From assembly GCA_964373175.1 (NCBI GenBank), contig CAYJTP010000019.1, forward strand, positions 1 to 28,557: a stretch of DNA of 28,557 nt, written 5' to 3'. This document shows positions 16,465 to 25,835 of the stretch, piece after piece; position 1 is the stretch's first letter, and each line of letters opens with the position of its first letter. The notes beneath the pieces were generated by a model. That model was not told the origin of the DNA, did not search any database, and saw only the letters and a program-made list of their open reading frames with translations. The translations under genes and the position numbers were made by a program. The stretch is from an uncultured Planctomycetales bacterium (GTDB lineage Bacteria > Omnitrophota > Gorgyraeia > Aquiviventales > Aquiviventaceae).

Positions 16465-19316
16465 CCCGTGCTTCCTGGTAGAACACCTGTGACCGAAGTG
16501 GCTGGGAGGTAGACGTATACTCCCAGGATATCGGCCGGCAATTGTGGGATGATCCGGTAAGTCAAATGACGCAGTCCGGCCGCCTGGCGCACACGTTGGT
16601 GGGCTGCCAGAAGCGCCGCCGCCCAATGCTGGGCTCTTTGCTCGATATGTGGCCGCAGAGACCCGATGCCATCCACCACGCGTCGCACAAAATCCGCGGC
16701 TTGGTCCGGGGAGACGTTCGCATCCGGCTCGGCGCCAAGGATAGCTTCCGCGGCCTCGTCCTCCAGCCAGACAGCATTTTCAGGAGCTCCTTCAAAAGCA
16801 AGAAGGCGTGTCTCCTCGGCAAGCTGGGATTGCTCAGTCCCTCCTCGCCGCGTCACGAGATCGTACCGGAAACGGACGAGCAGAAGGGTCGTTCTCTTGG
16901 TAACGGCGCGGGTGCGGATGGAGCCGGACCGTTTGGCAACCCCCTCCGCGACCGGATCGAGCGCGCTTTCCAGAACGTAAGAAGCCAACGCCTCGATCAG
17001 GGGATGCGTTCTGGAAAGATAGTACGTGCCCTCCGCCACCGGAAGTTCAAAACGGACCCGGAAAGTGTCTTCGCAGCTCAGCAGATCCCGCAAGGCGCGC
17101 GGCGTTTCTCTCAGGTCGAAATGAAACTGCCCCCCCCTCTCGGAAATCACCGCTCCAAAAGCGCGAAGGGCCTCTACGGTAAAAGCGGCCACGTCTACGG
17201 CAGATCCCACGGCAGAGCGCGCCTCAGCAAGTTCACGGAAAACCTCCTCCGGCTTGATGGATTCTTGGGCAAAGACCGAGCGGGAGCGCTTCTCCTTGTC
17301 GGCCGCACTTTCCCATTGGGAATAGAGCTGTTCTTTTCTGGGTCTGAAAAACTCCTCAAAACCCGACAAAAGCAACTGCTGCTCCTCTCCTCGCCGCTGG
17401 CGCAGGAGAAGGCCTTCAAGAATTGCCTCCACCACCGCATTGGTATCCCCCGGGATAGGGATGGCGACCCCGGTGGAGTTCCGGATCGACCGATGTTTTC
17501 GAATGAGAACATCCAGCACAATGCCATCAATCTGGTTGTCAATCCCATAATAGGTAAGGACACGAACCGTAGACCGACTTTGACCATAGCGGTCCACTCT
17601 TCCGGCACGCTGTTCGTGCCGCGTGGGACTCCAGGAGAGATCGTAATGAATGACCGCATCGAAATGCTCCTGAAGGTTGATCCCCTCGCTCAAGCAGTCG
17701 GTGCAAACCAAGACGCGATGGGGGGCTTTTGACAGCTTGAGCACCTTGGCCTCGCGATCAGCAGGGGGTAACAAACCTGTAACGTCCTCGACCTCCACGC
17801 CGGCTGGCAGGCGCTTCCGCAGCTCCCGGGCAAGGTAGCCAGCCGTTGGGATGAAACGACAGAAGACGATTGGACGGTAGCCGTCCCGGAGGAAACCCTT
17901 AAGGTGCTCCACAGCCGAGAGCAACTTGATATCCTTTTCTCCCTCCAGATCTTCTGCTTGGCGGGCCATCTCAAGCAGGAGACGACGCCTGGATTGATCG
18001 GGCTCATCCTCTCCTCCCGGGTCGCTGCTCGGAGAAACGTCCACCCCTTCCGTGAGATCATCGGTGTCTGCGTCCAAGACGGTACGGCGTCCCCGGTCGT
18101 CAATCTCCTCCTCTGTCTCGGCCCCCGACAGGTCGGCTCGCACCCGCAGCGTGGCGGCCGCCGCTGCCGGGCTGGAGGCAAGCGACCGAAGAAGCGCCAG
18201 GGCTGCCCACCAGCGGACGCGCTGACGCTGGTGCCCGCCGGTCGAATCGGCTACCGTCTCGCGAGCGTAGCGAAGCACACGATCGAAGACACGGCGATAC
18301 TCATCTGAGAGCCGGTAGGTCTCCTCTTTCTCCTCGCGGTCAGGGAATGGTGTTTCTTCCTTCAGAAAATGGCGGATGTCAGCACGACGACGTTGAACCA
18401 AATGAGCAGCCAAGCGTTTCCGGTCGGCCTGATGTTCCGAACCAGCAAGGTTTTCCGGAAGCTCTGAAAATTCAGGCCGAAGGAGTGAGAGAAGAGATCG
18501 GAAGGCGGCTTCCTTGCCGCTGTGGGGTGTGGCGGTGACAAGGATCAAATGCCGGCTCTCATCAGAGGCGAGTTCTTTCAGGAGCTGATGCCGCTGGTGC
18601 CGGCCGCCCCGCCCCTCGTAGCCGAACGCGCAGGTGTGCGCCTCATCCACAATGAGCAATTCCGGTGCGTTCCGAATGAACTCGCCCCGGCGCCGCTCCA
18701 TCTTAATGAAGTCCATCGAGATGACCACGTGCGGATAGACCTCCAGAAGAGACTGACCGGGCCGACAATTCCGTTCCAAGCGACCTGCCGTGCTGGGGAG
18801 AACAAGCTCCGCCTCGATGTGGAATTTGGCGCTCAATTCCGCCTGCCACTGCTCCGCAAGATGCGGAGGGCAAAGAACCGCCATTCGGCTGATCTCTCCG
18901 CGGTCGAGCAGCTCTCGCGCAATCAAACAGGCCTCTACCGTCTTGCCAATACCAACGTCGTCAGCAATCAGCAGCCGGACTGGATTAAGCTTGAGCGCCA
19001 TCAGCAGGGGAACCAACTGATAGGAGCGCGGCTCTACCGCGATGCGGGCAAAAGAACGGAAGGGGCCGGCTCCAGAGCGGGATGACAGGCGGACCGCATC
19101 CCTCAACAACCGACAGGAACGATAGTCGCCCAATGCGGAGGGGTCCGGCATCTCGAACTGGGCAGATGAGACAGGTTCGAGCGGCAGGTAAATTCCGGTT
19201 TCTTCCGCAGCAGTCCCACCCAGCGGCCGCAGGACGAGCATATCCTGTTCCGAACCAGGCAGAACCACCCACTCCCGGCCCCTCGCTTTAACCAGGGATC
19301 CTACTCGAAAACTCAC
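16461..19316 (-). CDS. SNF2-family helicase (DrmD-like), 951 aa
   Basis: LIADDVGIGKTVEAC (motif I), LLIVDEAHTC (DEAH), QRAGRVDRYGQ (motif VI), plus a ~350-aa C-terminal extension. GTG start with a GGGAGG SD; it overlaps the upstream gene by 29 nt. Confidence 0.9.
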   Translation of the reverse strand: MSFRVGSLVKARGREWVVLPGSEQDMLVLRPLGGTAAEETGIYLPLEPVSSAQFEMPDPSALGDYRSCRLLRDAVRLSSRSGAGPFRSFARIAVEPRSYQLVPLLMALKLNPVRLLIADDVGIGKTVEACLIARELLDRGEISRMAVLCPPHLAEQWQAELSAKFHIEAELVLPSTAGRLERNCRPGQSLLEVYPHVVISMDFIKMERRRGEFIRNAPELLIVDEAHTCAFGYEGRGGRHQRHQLLKELASDESRHLILVTATPHSGKEAAFRSLLSLLRPEFSELPENLAGSEHQADRKRLAAHLVQRRRADIRHFLKEETPFPDREEKEETYRLSDEYRRVFDRVLRYARETVADSTGGHQRQRVRWWAALALLRSLASSPAAAAATLRVRADLSGAETEEEIDDRGRRTVLDADTDDLTEGVDVSPSSDPGGEDEPDQSRRRLLLEMARQAEDLEGEKDIKLLSAVEHLKGFLRDGYRPIVFCRFIPTAGYLARELRKRLPAGVEVEDVTGLLPPADREAKVLKLSKAPHRVLVCTDCLSEGINLQEHFDAVIHYDLSWSPTRHEQRAGRVDRYGQSRSTVRVLTYYGIDNQIDGIVLDVLIRKHRSIRNSTGVAIPIPGDTNAVVEAILEGLLLRQRRGEEQQLLLSGFEEFFRPRKEQLYSQWESAADKEKRSRSVFAQESIKPEEVFRELAEARSAVGSAVDVAAFTVEALRAFGAVISERGGQFHFDLRETPRALRDLLSCEDTFRVRFELPVAEGTYYLSRTHPLIEALASYVLESALDPVAEGVAKRSGSIRTRAVTKRTTLLLVRFRYDLVTRRGGTEQSQLAEETRLLAFEGAPENAVWLEDEAAEAILGAEPDANVSPDQAADFVRRVVDGIGSLRPHIEQRAQHWAAALLAAHQRVRQAAGLRHLTYRIIPQLPADILGVYVYLPATSVTGVLPGSTG

Positions 19317-22300
19317 GCTGCCTCCCGAAGATGTGTGGGTATTTTGAAATCACGCTGTCCCAATCTTCCCCTCCATTGAAGCGAATCACGGTGTAACCCG
19401 CATCTTCCATGCACGCCGTCTGCGCATGATCCCTCTGCTGGCGCTCCGGGTAGGTGTGTGGAGGGCCGTCAATGTAAATGGCAGCCTGAGATTCTTCGTA
19501 GAGGAAATCGGGCCGAGTACGGCAAGTCTCAACCAAGCACTGGGCACGAGAGGGCAAACGAAGATCCCTGGCATCGAGATACCTCAACCATTCCCGTTCC
19601 AGGTCGGAACCGCATTGCTTTATTAAGACAGCAAGATGCTCCGACCGGGAGGTCGGACCGGAGGAAGAGATTCCGGTAGCCCGTGACAGCTGGAGGAGAA
19701 GCTCCCGAATGCTCTGGCGGTCCAGCAGGCGGTGATCCATCTGATTGGTGTAACTCATCAGACAGTCATAGCAGGCCGCCTCGCAGTCCGTCTGCGCCCT
19801 CTCGACGCGGCGCTTGTCTTCACCTGTATCCGGGTCGTAGTGGCAAAGCTCCAGCGCTCGCCTGGCTAAACGAGCCATCGCACCGGGTTCCAAGAGCCGG
19901 CGAAGGACTCCCGCTCCACCCTCCGCCGCTTCATAGAACAGGATCAACCGCCGCTCTTTCCATGAAGGCAGGGCCTCAGCAGCTAATTCCGATTCCTCAA
20001 GCTGGTATTCCACCTGGATGGCGTTTTTCAACGCGGCCTGGAGCGAAGCCAACACGTTGGGTTCCGCTTCCGCGGACAACTGGAAGAGGAGACAATTTCT
20101 CCTGTCTTCCACATAGGGGATCACCCGACGGGTCTGCTGTAAAGTAACGTCCTGGTCATCGTCCTCTACATCTTGCTCGTTCTTCGCCCAGAAGCCGCGC
20201 TCGACGTCCAAGACAAACCCATACCGCTCTTGCTCCGCACGCCGCCGCCACCCCAGATTAATCCTCCAAAGAGTGGCGGTATGCCCGTAAGTCAGATCGG
20301 CCAAGACGTCTCCGTTCAAGACCACCTGCCCCGCAAGACAAGAGGAACGCTGACCATGCTCAGCGAACCGGACACCGGTCTGCAGCTCGAAGCCCTGTCG
20401 AACTCGCTCTTCCTCATCGGAGTTGATCTGGTTCTTACGCCGGGTACTGACATTTTGAAGACGGAAAAGCGACGCAAGCGGCGCCGGCAATTTCCCACCA
20501 CATCGGTCGCAAAGGTCTGGACCGCCTCCGCCAGATATGGGGTGCAGATACCCGCAGTGATCACACTGCTTTGCGGAGGTAGTCACCAGATCATTGCTGT
20601 CATCCCGCACAGGAAGGATCACTCTGTCGATTTTGTAGCGAGAACCCTCATGGTAGATGATCGACTGTGGGCCAAATTCAGAGATTGCCAAAAACCGCGG
20701 CCGGGACAGGAATTCGTTGGTACCCCGCATCTGCCGGCGGCCTGGGATATAAGCCGACAGGGGCAGTCTCGGAAAGCTGTATCCCGGGAGGAACCCTTCG
20801 CTCGCGAAATAGCGGTAGCTGTAAAAATCCGCCTCGATGGCATTCTGTGCCTCCCTCAAGAGATCCAGTTGCGCTTCCGCTTCAGCGCGAAGCCGCTTGG
20901 CCCGGTTTTTGTCGTCTTGGCTCCTCGTGGCGTCCGAGATGATCCTGTGCTGAAGGTCGCGCTGACGAGAGGCTGCTCGGTACAACGTTCGCCACCGTTC
21001 ACAAGCAACGTCGAAATGCCGAACGGCCTGTGCGAGCACCTCGCCAAGCCATCCCTCACTGTACCAATCGGCTGTCGCTAGCTCCGGGAGAATGCTATCC
21101 AGAACACGGCGGGCGCGGACAAGGGCTCTCTCGCGAATATGGGGATCGTTGATCGCATCTCGAATGTGGGACTGAAATGCGAAGCTGGGTTCCTCCCCCG
21201 AAAGATCGAGAACGTCTTTCAGCGAAGTGCCGAGCCCGATGCCCGTTTCGGCAAGCCAGATCGCATGAACATGCGCCCGTATGAGGTCTTCATTGGTGAG
21301 ATCAAGCTGCGGCGGCATCACCTGGCCGGTCACCATCCGGTCGGGCCTGCGGAAGAAATACTGGTCATGGGAACTAAATGTGGAGCAATAAGAAAATACC
21401 AGTGCAGGGCGACCGCTGCGGCCTGCGCGTCCGCTGCGCTGTGCGTAGTTGGCCGGGGTGGGCGGGACGTTCCTGAGGTTCACCACGTTGAGCTCCGCAA
21501 TATCCACACCCAGCTCCATGGTAGGAGAGCAGAAGAGAATGGGCAACCGGCCCTCGCGAAATCTCTCCTCCCGATCCTGCCGGACTTCGTATCTTACCTG
21601 GGCGGTGTGTTCCCGTGCCTCCAGACCGATTCCATCGGCAGCGACGTTGCGATAGAAGTCAACGAAAAACGGATTTGTCCGGCCACCGTCCGCAGGCGGC
21701 CTCGGCACTCGAATCGGGTCGTAAAACGGCTGCTGACCATCCCCTTCCGTCCAGACAAGCGCGCTGGCCAACAGTTGATACCCCGGGACATCGTCACCCT
21801 TTTTCGGGGCAGCGGCCGCTTCAACTAGACCGGCAACCTGGAGCGCCTTTAGGAGGTCTCGGGTAATATGCAGGGAATCCTGAACATTCAATCTCCGGCC
21901 TGCGCCTGTAAATGTAGAGCCCCGTCGAAGGTACTGACCGAATCCGCCTCTGGGCGATAAGCAGAGGTTCCTCTTATATTCCTGCGGCCGGGACGGTCTG
22001 GGGTAAAGAAAGGTTGAGGGCTCCATCGTTTCGTTTTCATCAATCGCCCAAGGCGAGATCAGATGCTGCGAGCTCATCTGCTGGATCCGTTCTTGGACGG
22101 CGGGATCCAGATAGTCCACCTTGATGGCCATCTCGCGTCGCATATAGTCGAGGAGGGTCTTCGCTACCGCCATCCTTGTCTCCGGCTTCGCAGAGGCCAA
22201 AGCTGGATGCAGGTCTTTCCATACATCCTCTGCCTGGCAAAGCTCATCCAAGGAACGGTAACGGATTTCAAGCAGGCCGCACTGCTCAAGGTTCGGCAAG

Positions 22301-24483
22301 GTAACACGCCAACCCCGTTCAAGATCGCGGTAGAGACGGTAGCCCAGGACCCACCGTAGGGCGCGTTTAGTCTCCTCAAGGGCTTGGAAACGAGCTTCCG
22401 AATTGCTGGCATAGAACTCCAATGGCAGATTCAAGGCTTCGAAAACACGCTCGACTAGAAACTCGTGGGAAAGCCCCTCCTGCCCGACTGCCTTTACAGC
22501 CTTGTACAGGGCCGAACGGAGGACTCCAATCTGGAGGAAGTCGTTGAAATGACCGGCTTGCAAAGAGGCATCCTGCCTGTTGTCCGTGAAGCTGAGAAGC
22601 TTGCGCGCATGCCCAGGGAGATCCTCCGCCTTTTTGAGGTAACGAATCGCGGCAAGGCTGAGGATCGTAGTGGCCGTGCTTCGCCCTTCTGTCGCAAGAG
22701 AGGTCAATTTCGCGAAGTCAGAACGCTGGCGGGCTCCGTAGGCAACACCGCAGGCAAGGCAGAAGTGGAAGGGGGCAGGGACATAATGGAGGTCGGTGCC
22801 GCCTTCTCCTTCAACCGCCTCCGTAGAGACTCGCACGGGTTTGGGGATCCACTCCTGGCGATCTTTCCGAACACGAAGAGAACCCCGGAATTCCTCAAGA
22901 CAGTCTTCCGGAAGAGATTCCAGAACCTTCCCTGGATCTGTTGGCCAGGGGTGACTGGAGCTCAAGTAGAGGAAGCCAGGCTCCCCCTCCTCATCGTTAA
23001 ACCGGTCAGAGAGGGCACGCGGGGAAAATGCTCGTAACCCGTTCGTCTCATCCTTTTGGACGCGCACACAATAGTATTCCTGTCCACATTCTCTACAGAA
23101 AACAAGCGGCAGGAGGACGCGTTTCCGATCTCCTGGGACGTAGCGTTGCCCTTGAACGGCGAGGTAGCGTTGATTCTCTGGTTCAATTGAGGCGTAAATC
23201 GTGTCCCCCCGGCTGATAAACTGATGGAGGCGGAAAGCAAAGACCGGGAATCCGGTTTCGGGGTTGAGCTTGCGGTAGCTTGAGAGGAGATGGCTCTCCA
23301 TCGCAAGAACACATTGCTTCTCCGTTAACCCTGTAAGTTCGCTCAATTCCTTGGCGGCACCCTGTTCTCCACCGATTGAACGGGGTTTCGCACGAACGGG
23401 CCGCCCCGTGCCCGGCTCCGAGGCAAGCCCGAACACAGATTCAATCCAGACGGAGAGGGGGTCGTTCAAAAACGAGCGGTAATCTAACGTCTCTCCGGCT
23501 GGTCCTGCTTCTATTCTCTGACGAAGCTGGGCGGAAAATCCGGGGTGTCGGAGGCCCTCGGACGGTGTTGCGCGGCGCACACTTTCTCCGATGATGTGTT
23601 CCGGCTGAACAAGCGAGCCAAACAGTCGCGTAGCAACAGCCGCTACCTCTGCTTGCTGCTCGAAAAGGGTTCCGGAACCAGCGATCGTCGCTGAAGTGCC
23701 AACGTACTGAATTTTCTCTGCACCAAAGGCGTCCTTCGCACGGCGAACCAGCATGGCCACATCAGCCCCCTGACGGCCGCGATAAGTATGGAGCTCATCC
23801 AGTACAAAGAAACGAAGCCCCTTGGCGGCCGCGATAAGGGCGCGTTCATAAGGGCGGGTTAAAAGCAACTCGAGCATGACGTAGTTGGTAAGCAAGATAT
23901 CCGGTGGATTCGCGATGAGACGCTGCCTCTCTTCATCCTGTTCCTGCCCCGTGTAACGAGCAAACGTCACCTGCGCCTTTCCTCCCGGAGAAGAACTGAG
24001 GAAGCGTTCCAGCTCGTGAAGCTGACTGTTGGCCAAGGCATTCATGGGATACACAATAAGCCCTCGGATACCCTTCCCCGAACCCTCGCGCAAGATGTGG
24101 TCTACAATCGGGATGATGTAAGAAAGGCTTTTCCCGGAACCGGTCCCCGTCGTCAACACATAGTTGGTTCCTGCATGAGCGGACTTAATAGCTTCTGCTT
24201 GATGTTTATACAGGCGTAAAGGCTTTTTTGATCCATCCGACCCGATCAAGAGAAATATTTGGCGGCAGGCTGGATGCAAGATTCCACCTTCAACAAGCTC
24301 TTCCACCGATTCCCCCATCTCAAACGCCGGATTAATCTGAATCATGGGATCAGGCCAAAGGAGTCCGCCCTTTAAGGCTTGCCCGACTGTTTCTTCAATG
24401 CGGGGATCCTGGATGTGGATGAAACTCTGGATGTAATCGCCGTAATACGTGATCAGCCTATTCCGCAGATCAAAGACGTTCAT
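19288..24483 (-). CDS. 1731-aa DEXH-box helicase of the DrmA/MrfA(YprA) type with CxxC zinc modules (DUF1998-like) and a C-terminal DUF559/Vsr-like endonuclease domain
   Basis: KHQAEAI...[17 protein letters not shown] (Q motif / Walker A), [11 protein letters not shown] (DExH), TSATI. Motifs V and VI (TMELGVDI...[12 protein letters not shown]) lie ~700 aa further downstream. CRECG...CLACG and CDHCG-x17-CDRCGG are zinc modules. The C-terminus ...[45 protein letters not shown] matches the DUF559/Vsr PD-(D/E)xK pattern. Confidence 0.9.
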   Translation of the reverse strand: MNVFDLRNRLITYYGDYIQSFIHIQDPRIEETVGQALKGGLLWPDPMIQINPAFEMGESVEELVEGGILHPACRQIFLLIGSDGSKKPLRLYKHQAEAIKSAHAGTNYVLTTGTGSGKSLSYIIPIVDHILREGSGKGIRGLIVYPMNALANSQLHELERFLSSSPGGKAQVTFARYTGQEQDEERQRLIANPPDILLTNYVMLELLLTRPYERALIAAAKGLRFFVLDELHTYRGRQGADVAMLVRRAKDAFGAEKIQYVGTSATIAGSGTLFEQQAEVAAVATRLFGSLVQPEHIIGESVRRATPSEGLRHPGFSAQLRQRIEAGPAGETLDYRSFLNDPLSVWIESVFGLASEPGTGRPVRAKPRSIGGEQGAAKELSELTGLTEKQCVLAMESHLLSSYRKLNPETGFPVFAFRLHQFISRGDTIYASIEPENQRYLAVQGQRYVPGDRKRVLLPLVFCRECGQEYYCVRVQKDETNGLRAFSPRALSDRFNDEEGEPGFLYLSSSHPWPTDPGKVLESLPEDCLEEFRGSLRVRKDRQEWIPKPVRVSTEAVEGEGGTDLHYVPAPFHFCLACGVAYGARQRSDFAKLTSLATEGRSTATTILSLAAIRYLKKAEDLPGHARKLLSFTDNRQDASLQAGHFNDFLQIGVLRSALYKAVKAVGQEGLSHEFLVERVFEALNLPLEFYASNSEARFQALEETKRALRWVLGYRLYRDLERGWRVTLPNLEQCGLLEIRYRSLDELCQAEDVWKDLHPALASAKPETRMAVAKTLLDYMRREMAIKVDYLDPAVQERIQQMSSQHLISPWAIDENETMEPSTFLYPRPSRPQEYKRNLCLSPRGGFGQYLRRGSTFTGAGRRLNVQDSLHITRDLLKALQVAGLVEAAAAPKKGDDVPGYQLLASALVWTEGDGQQPFYDPIRVPRPPADGGRTNPFFVDFYRNVAADGIGLEAREHTAQVRYEVRQDREERFREGRLPILFCSPTMELGVDIAELNVVNLRNVPPTPANYAQRSGRAGRSGRPALVFSYCSTFSSHDQYFFRRPDRMVTGQVMPPQLDLTNEDLIRAHVHAIWLAETGIGLGTSLKDVLDLSGEEPSFAFQSHIRDAINDPHIRERALVRARRVLDSILPELATADWYSEGWLGEVLAQAVRHFDVACERWRTLYRAASRQRDLQHRIISDATRSQDDKNRAKRLRAEAEAQLDLLREAQNAIEADFYSYRYFASEGFLPGYSFPRLPLSAYIPGRRQMRGTNEFLSRPRFLAISEFGPQSIIYHEGSRYKIDRVILPVRDDSNDLVTTSAKQCDHCGYLHPISGGGGPDLCDRCGGKLPAPLASLFRLQNVSTRRKNQINSDEEERVRQGFELQTGVRFAEHGQRSSCLAGQVVLNGDVLADLTYGHTATLWRINLGWRRRAEQERYGFVLDVERGFWAKNEQDVEDDDQDVTLQQTRRVIPYVEDRRNCLLFQLSAEAEPNVLASLQAALKNAIQVEYQLEESELAAEALPSWKERRLILFYEAAEGGAGVLRRLLEPGAMARLARRALELCHYDPDTGEDKRRVERAQTDCEAACYDCLMSYTNQMDHRLLDRQSIRELLLQLSRATGISSSGPTSRSEHLAVLIKQCGSDLEREWLRYLDARDLRLPSRAQCLVETCRTRPDFLYEESQAAIYIDGPPHTYPERQQRDHAQTACMEDAGYTVIRFNGGEDWDSVISKYPHIFGRQREFSSRIPG

Positions 24484-24746
24484 GTATTCATCCCCACGCG
24501 GACTCGTTTCAAAGGTTTTTTAGAGAACTGGCTGGTTACTGCCTGTAAGGACGGGGTAGTTTCAATTCTCGATGCAATCCAAGCGGCAAATTCCTCTTTA
24601 GGGAACCGCCAGACCCCACCCACCTTGAAGCCGGGGAGTTTCTTCTCGCGGGCCAGGCGGGTAACGGTGAAAGGGTGGAGCTTAAGAACACGAGAAAGCT
24701 CGTTTGGCGTAAGGAATTCCATGTTTGTCTTCATCGGGGGTTGCAT
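24480..24746 (-). CDS. Xis/excisionase-family HTH (HTH_17-like) DNA-binding protein, first gene of the defense operon
   Basis: LTPNELSRVLKLHPFTVTRLAREKKLPGFKVGGVWRFPKEEFAAWI matches the MerR-like excisionase HTH. Its TGA overlaps the helicase ATG (ATGA). In-frame ATGs at 24746, 24734 and 24722 leave the exact start uncertain; the track ORF runs to 24842. Confidence 0.6.
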   Translation of the reverse strand: MQPPMKTNMEFLTPNELSRVLKLHPFTVTRLAREKKLPGFKVGGVWRFPKEEFAAWIASRIETTPSLQAVTSQFSKKPLKRVRVGMNT

Positions 24747-24748
24747 AG

Positions 24749-24893
24749 ATTGTAACAAAGCCGACGGGAGGTTGACAGCGCAAAAACCGGTGTACGCCTC
24801 CTGCCAGGCGTCATACTGTCCAGGTATGGGCAGGTGGGACAAGTAAGAATGGGGTAGAATGAGGACATGGGTATTGGGGAGAGGTGAGCCGAA
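24749..24893. promoter_or_regulatory. divergent promoter region between the defense operon (-) and the Cas4-like gene (+)
   Basis: Minus strand: extended -10 TGTTACAAT (24749-24757) immediately upstream of the HTH ATGs, i.e. a near-leaderless transcript. Plus strand: TTGACA at 24772-24777, TAGAAT at 24855-24860 and a GGAGAGGTGAG SD before GTG 24894. Confidence 0.3.
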
Positions 24894-25820
24894 GTGGGGA
24901 AACTGGTCAACGAGTTCTCATGGTCAAAATCGCAGGACGAGCAGTTTAGGGAGTGCCGGAGGCGGTACCACTACTCCCGCTACGGATCTTGGGAGGGCTG
25001 GCCAAGCGGTGACGGGGATGCCCGGGCAAAGGAGCTGTACCAGCTTAAGCAACTGAAGACCGGGCGGATGTGGCTTGGTGAGGTCGTCCACTGGACGATC
25101 GAGCAGGTCTTGAAAGGAATGCGGTTTGGACACCCTCCGACGGAGGCGGAGGCCATGGAGAAACTCACGGCCCGGATGCGACAGGATTTCCAAGATTCCA
25201 AAGACGGACGCTACCGCCAGGATCCCAAGCGGATCTGTAGGCTCTTTGAGCATGAGTACCAGATGAACATCCGGGATGAGAAGTGGGTCCAACTCCACGA
25301 AACGGCCCAAAGGTGCTTGAGGAATTTCTTCCAGACGAAGATCTACCAGCAGCTCCGGCCGCTCCGGCGGGATCAGTGGCGTGCCATCGAAGAGCTGGAG
25401 GAATTCATCTTCGAGGGGACCAAACTCTTTGTGAAACTGGACCTTGCGGTGGCAACAGGAGATGGGTTGCTCATTGCGGATTGGAAAACCGGCCAGGAAG
25501 AAGATGTGGACTTTGACGTGCAGCTTGGAATCTATTTCCTCTTCGCCGTCACAAAGTGGCGATGTCCACCAGAGAGAATTGAAGCGCTTCAGGTGGAGCT
25601 GGCGTTGCCCAAGGAAATTCTGCACCGTGGGCAGGCGGCCAAGGTGGAGTGGGTGCAGCACTACATCCGGAACAGCGTCACCGCAATGAAGGCCAACTTG
25701 CGGGATCCTGAGAAGAACCTAGCCGTCGAGGAGGATTTCCCGAAAGTGAACCAATACCGGAGCTGCTCATGGTGCAACTTCAAGCGGGTTTGCCAGCCGG
25801 AGGTGCTGGCTGTTTCGTAA
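24894..25820 (+). CDS. Cas4-like PD-(D/E)xK nuclease with a C-terminal Fe-S Cys cluster (PDDEXK_1/DUF83-like), stand-alone
   Basis: The N-terminus EFSWSKSQDEQFRECRRRYHYSRY is the S-x-S...C-x-R-x-YY opening of Cas4/RecB nucleases. LDLAVATGDGLLIADWKTG supplies the D...D-x-K motifs. The C-terminal CSWCNFKRVC is C-x2-C-x5-C. Confidence 0.8.
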   Translation: MGKLVNEFSWSKSQDEQFRECRRRYHYSRYGSWEGWPSGDGDARAKELYQLKQLKTGRMWLGEVVHWTIEQVLKGMRFGHPPTEAEAMEKLTARMRQDFQDSKDGRYRQDPKRICRLFEHEYQMNIRDEKWVQLHETAQRCLRNFFQTKIYQQLRPLRRDQWRAIEELEEFIFEGTKLFVKLDLAVATGDGLLIADWKTGQEEDVDFDVQLGIYFLFAVTKWRCPPERIEALQVELALPKEILHRGQAAKVEWVQHYIRNSVTAMKANLRDPEKNLAVEEDFPKVNQYRSCSWCNFKRVCQPEVLAVS

Positions 25821-25835
25821 GGGACGGGTCGGAGG

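Noticed and set aside
12424-16626. MTase as part of a BREX, Type I or Type ISP/IIG restriction system
   Set aside because: There is no PglZ, BrxC or BrxL (BREX), no HsdS or HsdM (Type I), and no nuclease or ATPase domain in the MTase polypeptide. SNF2 plus a DrmA-like helicase fits DISARM better.
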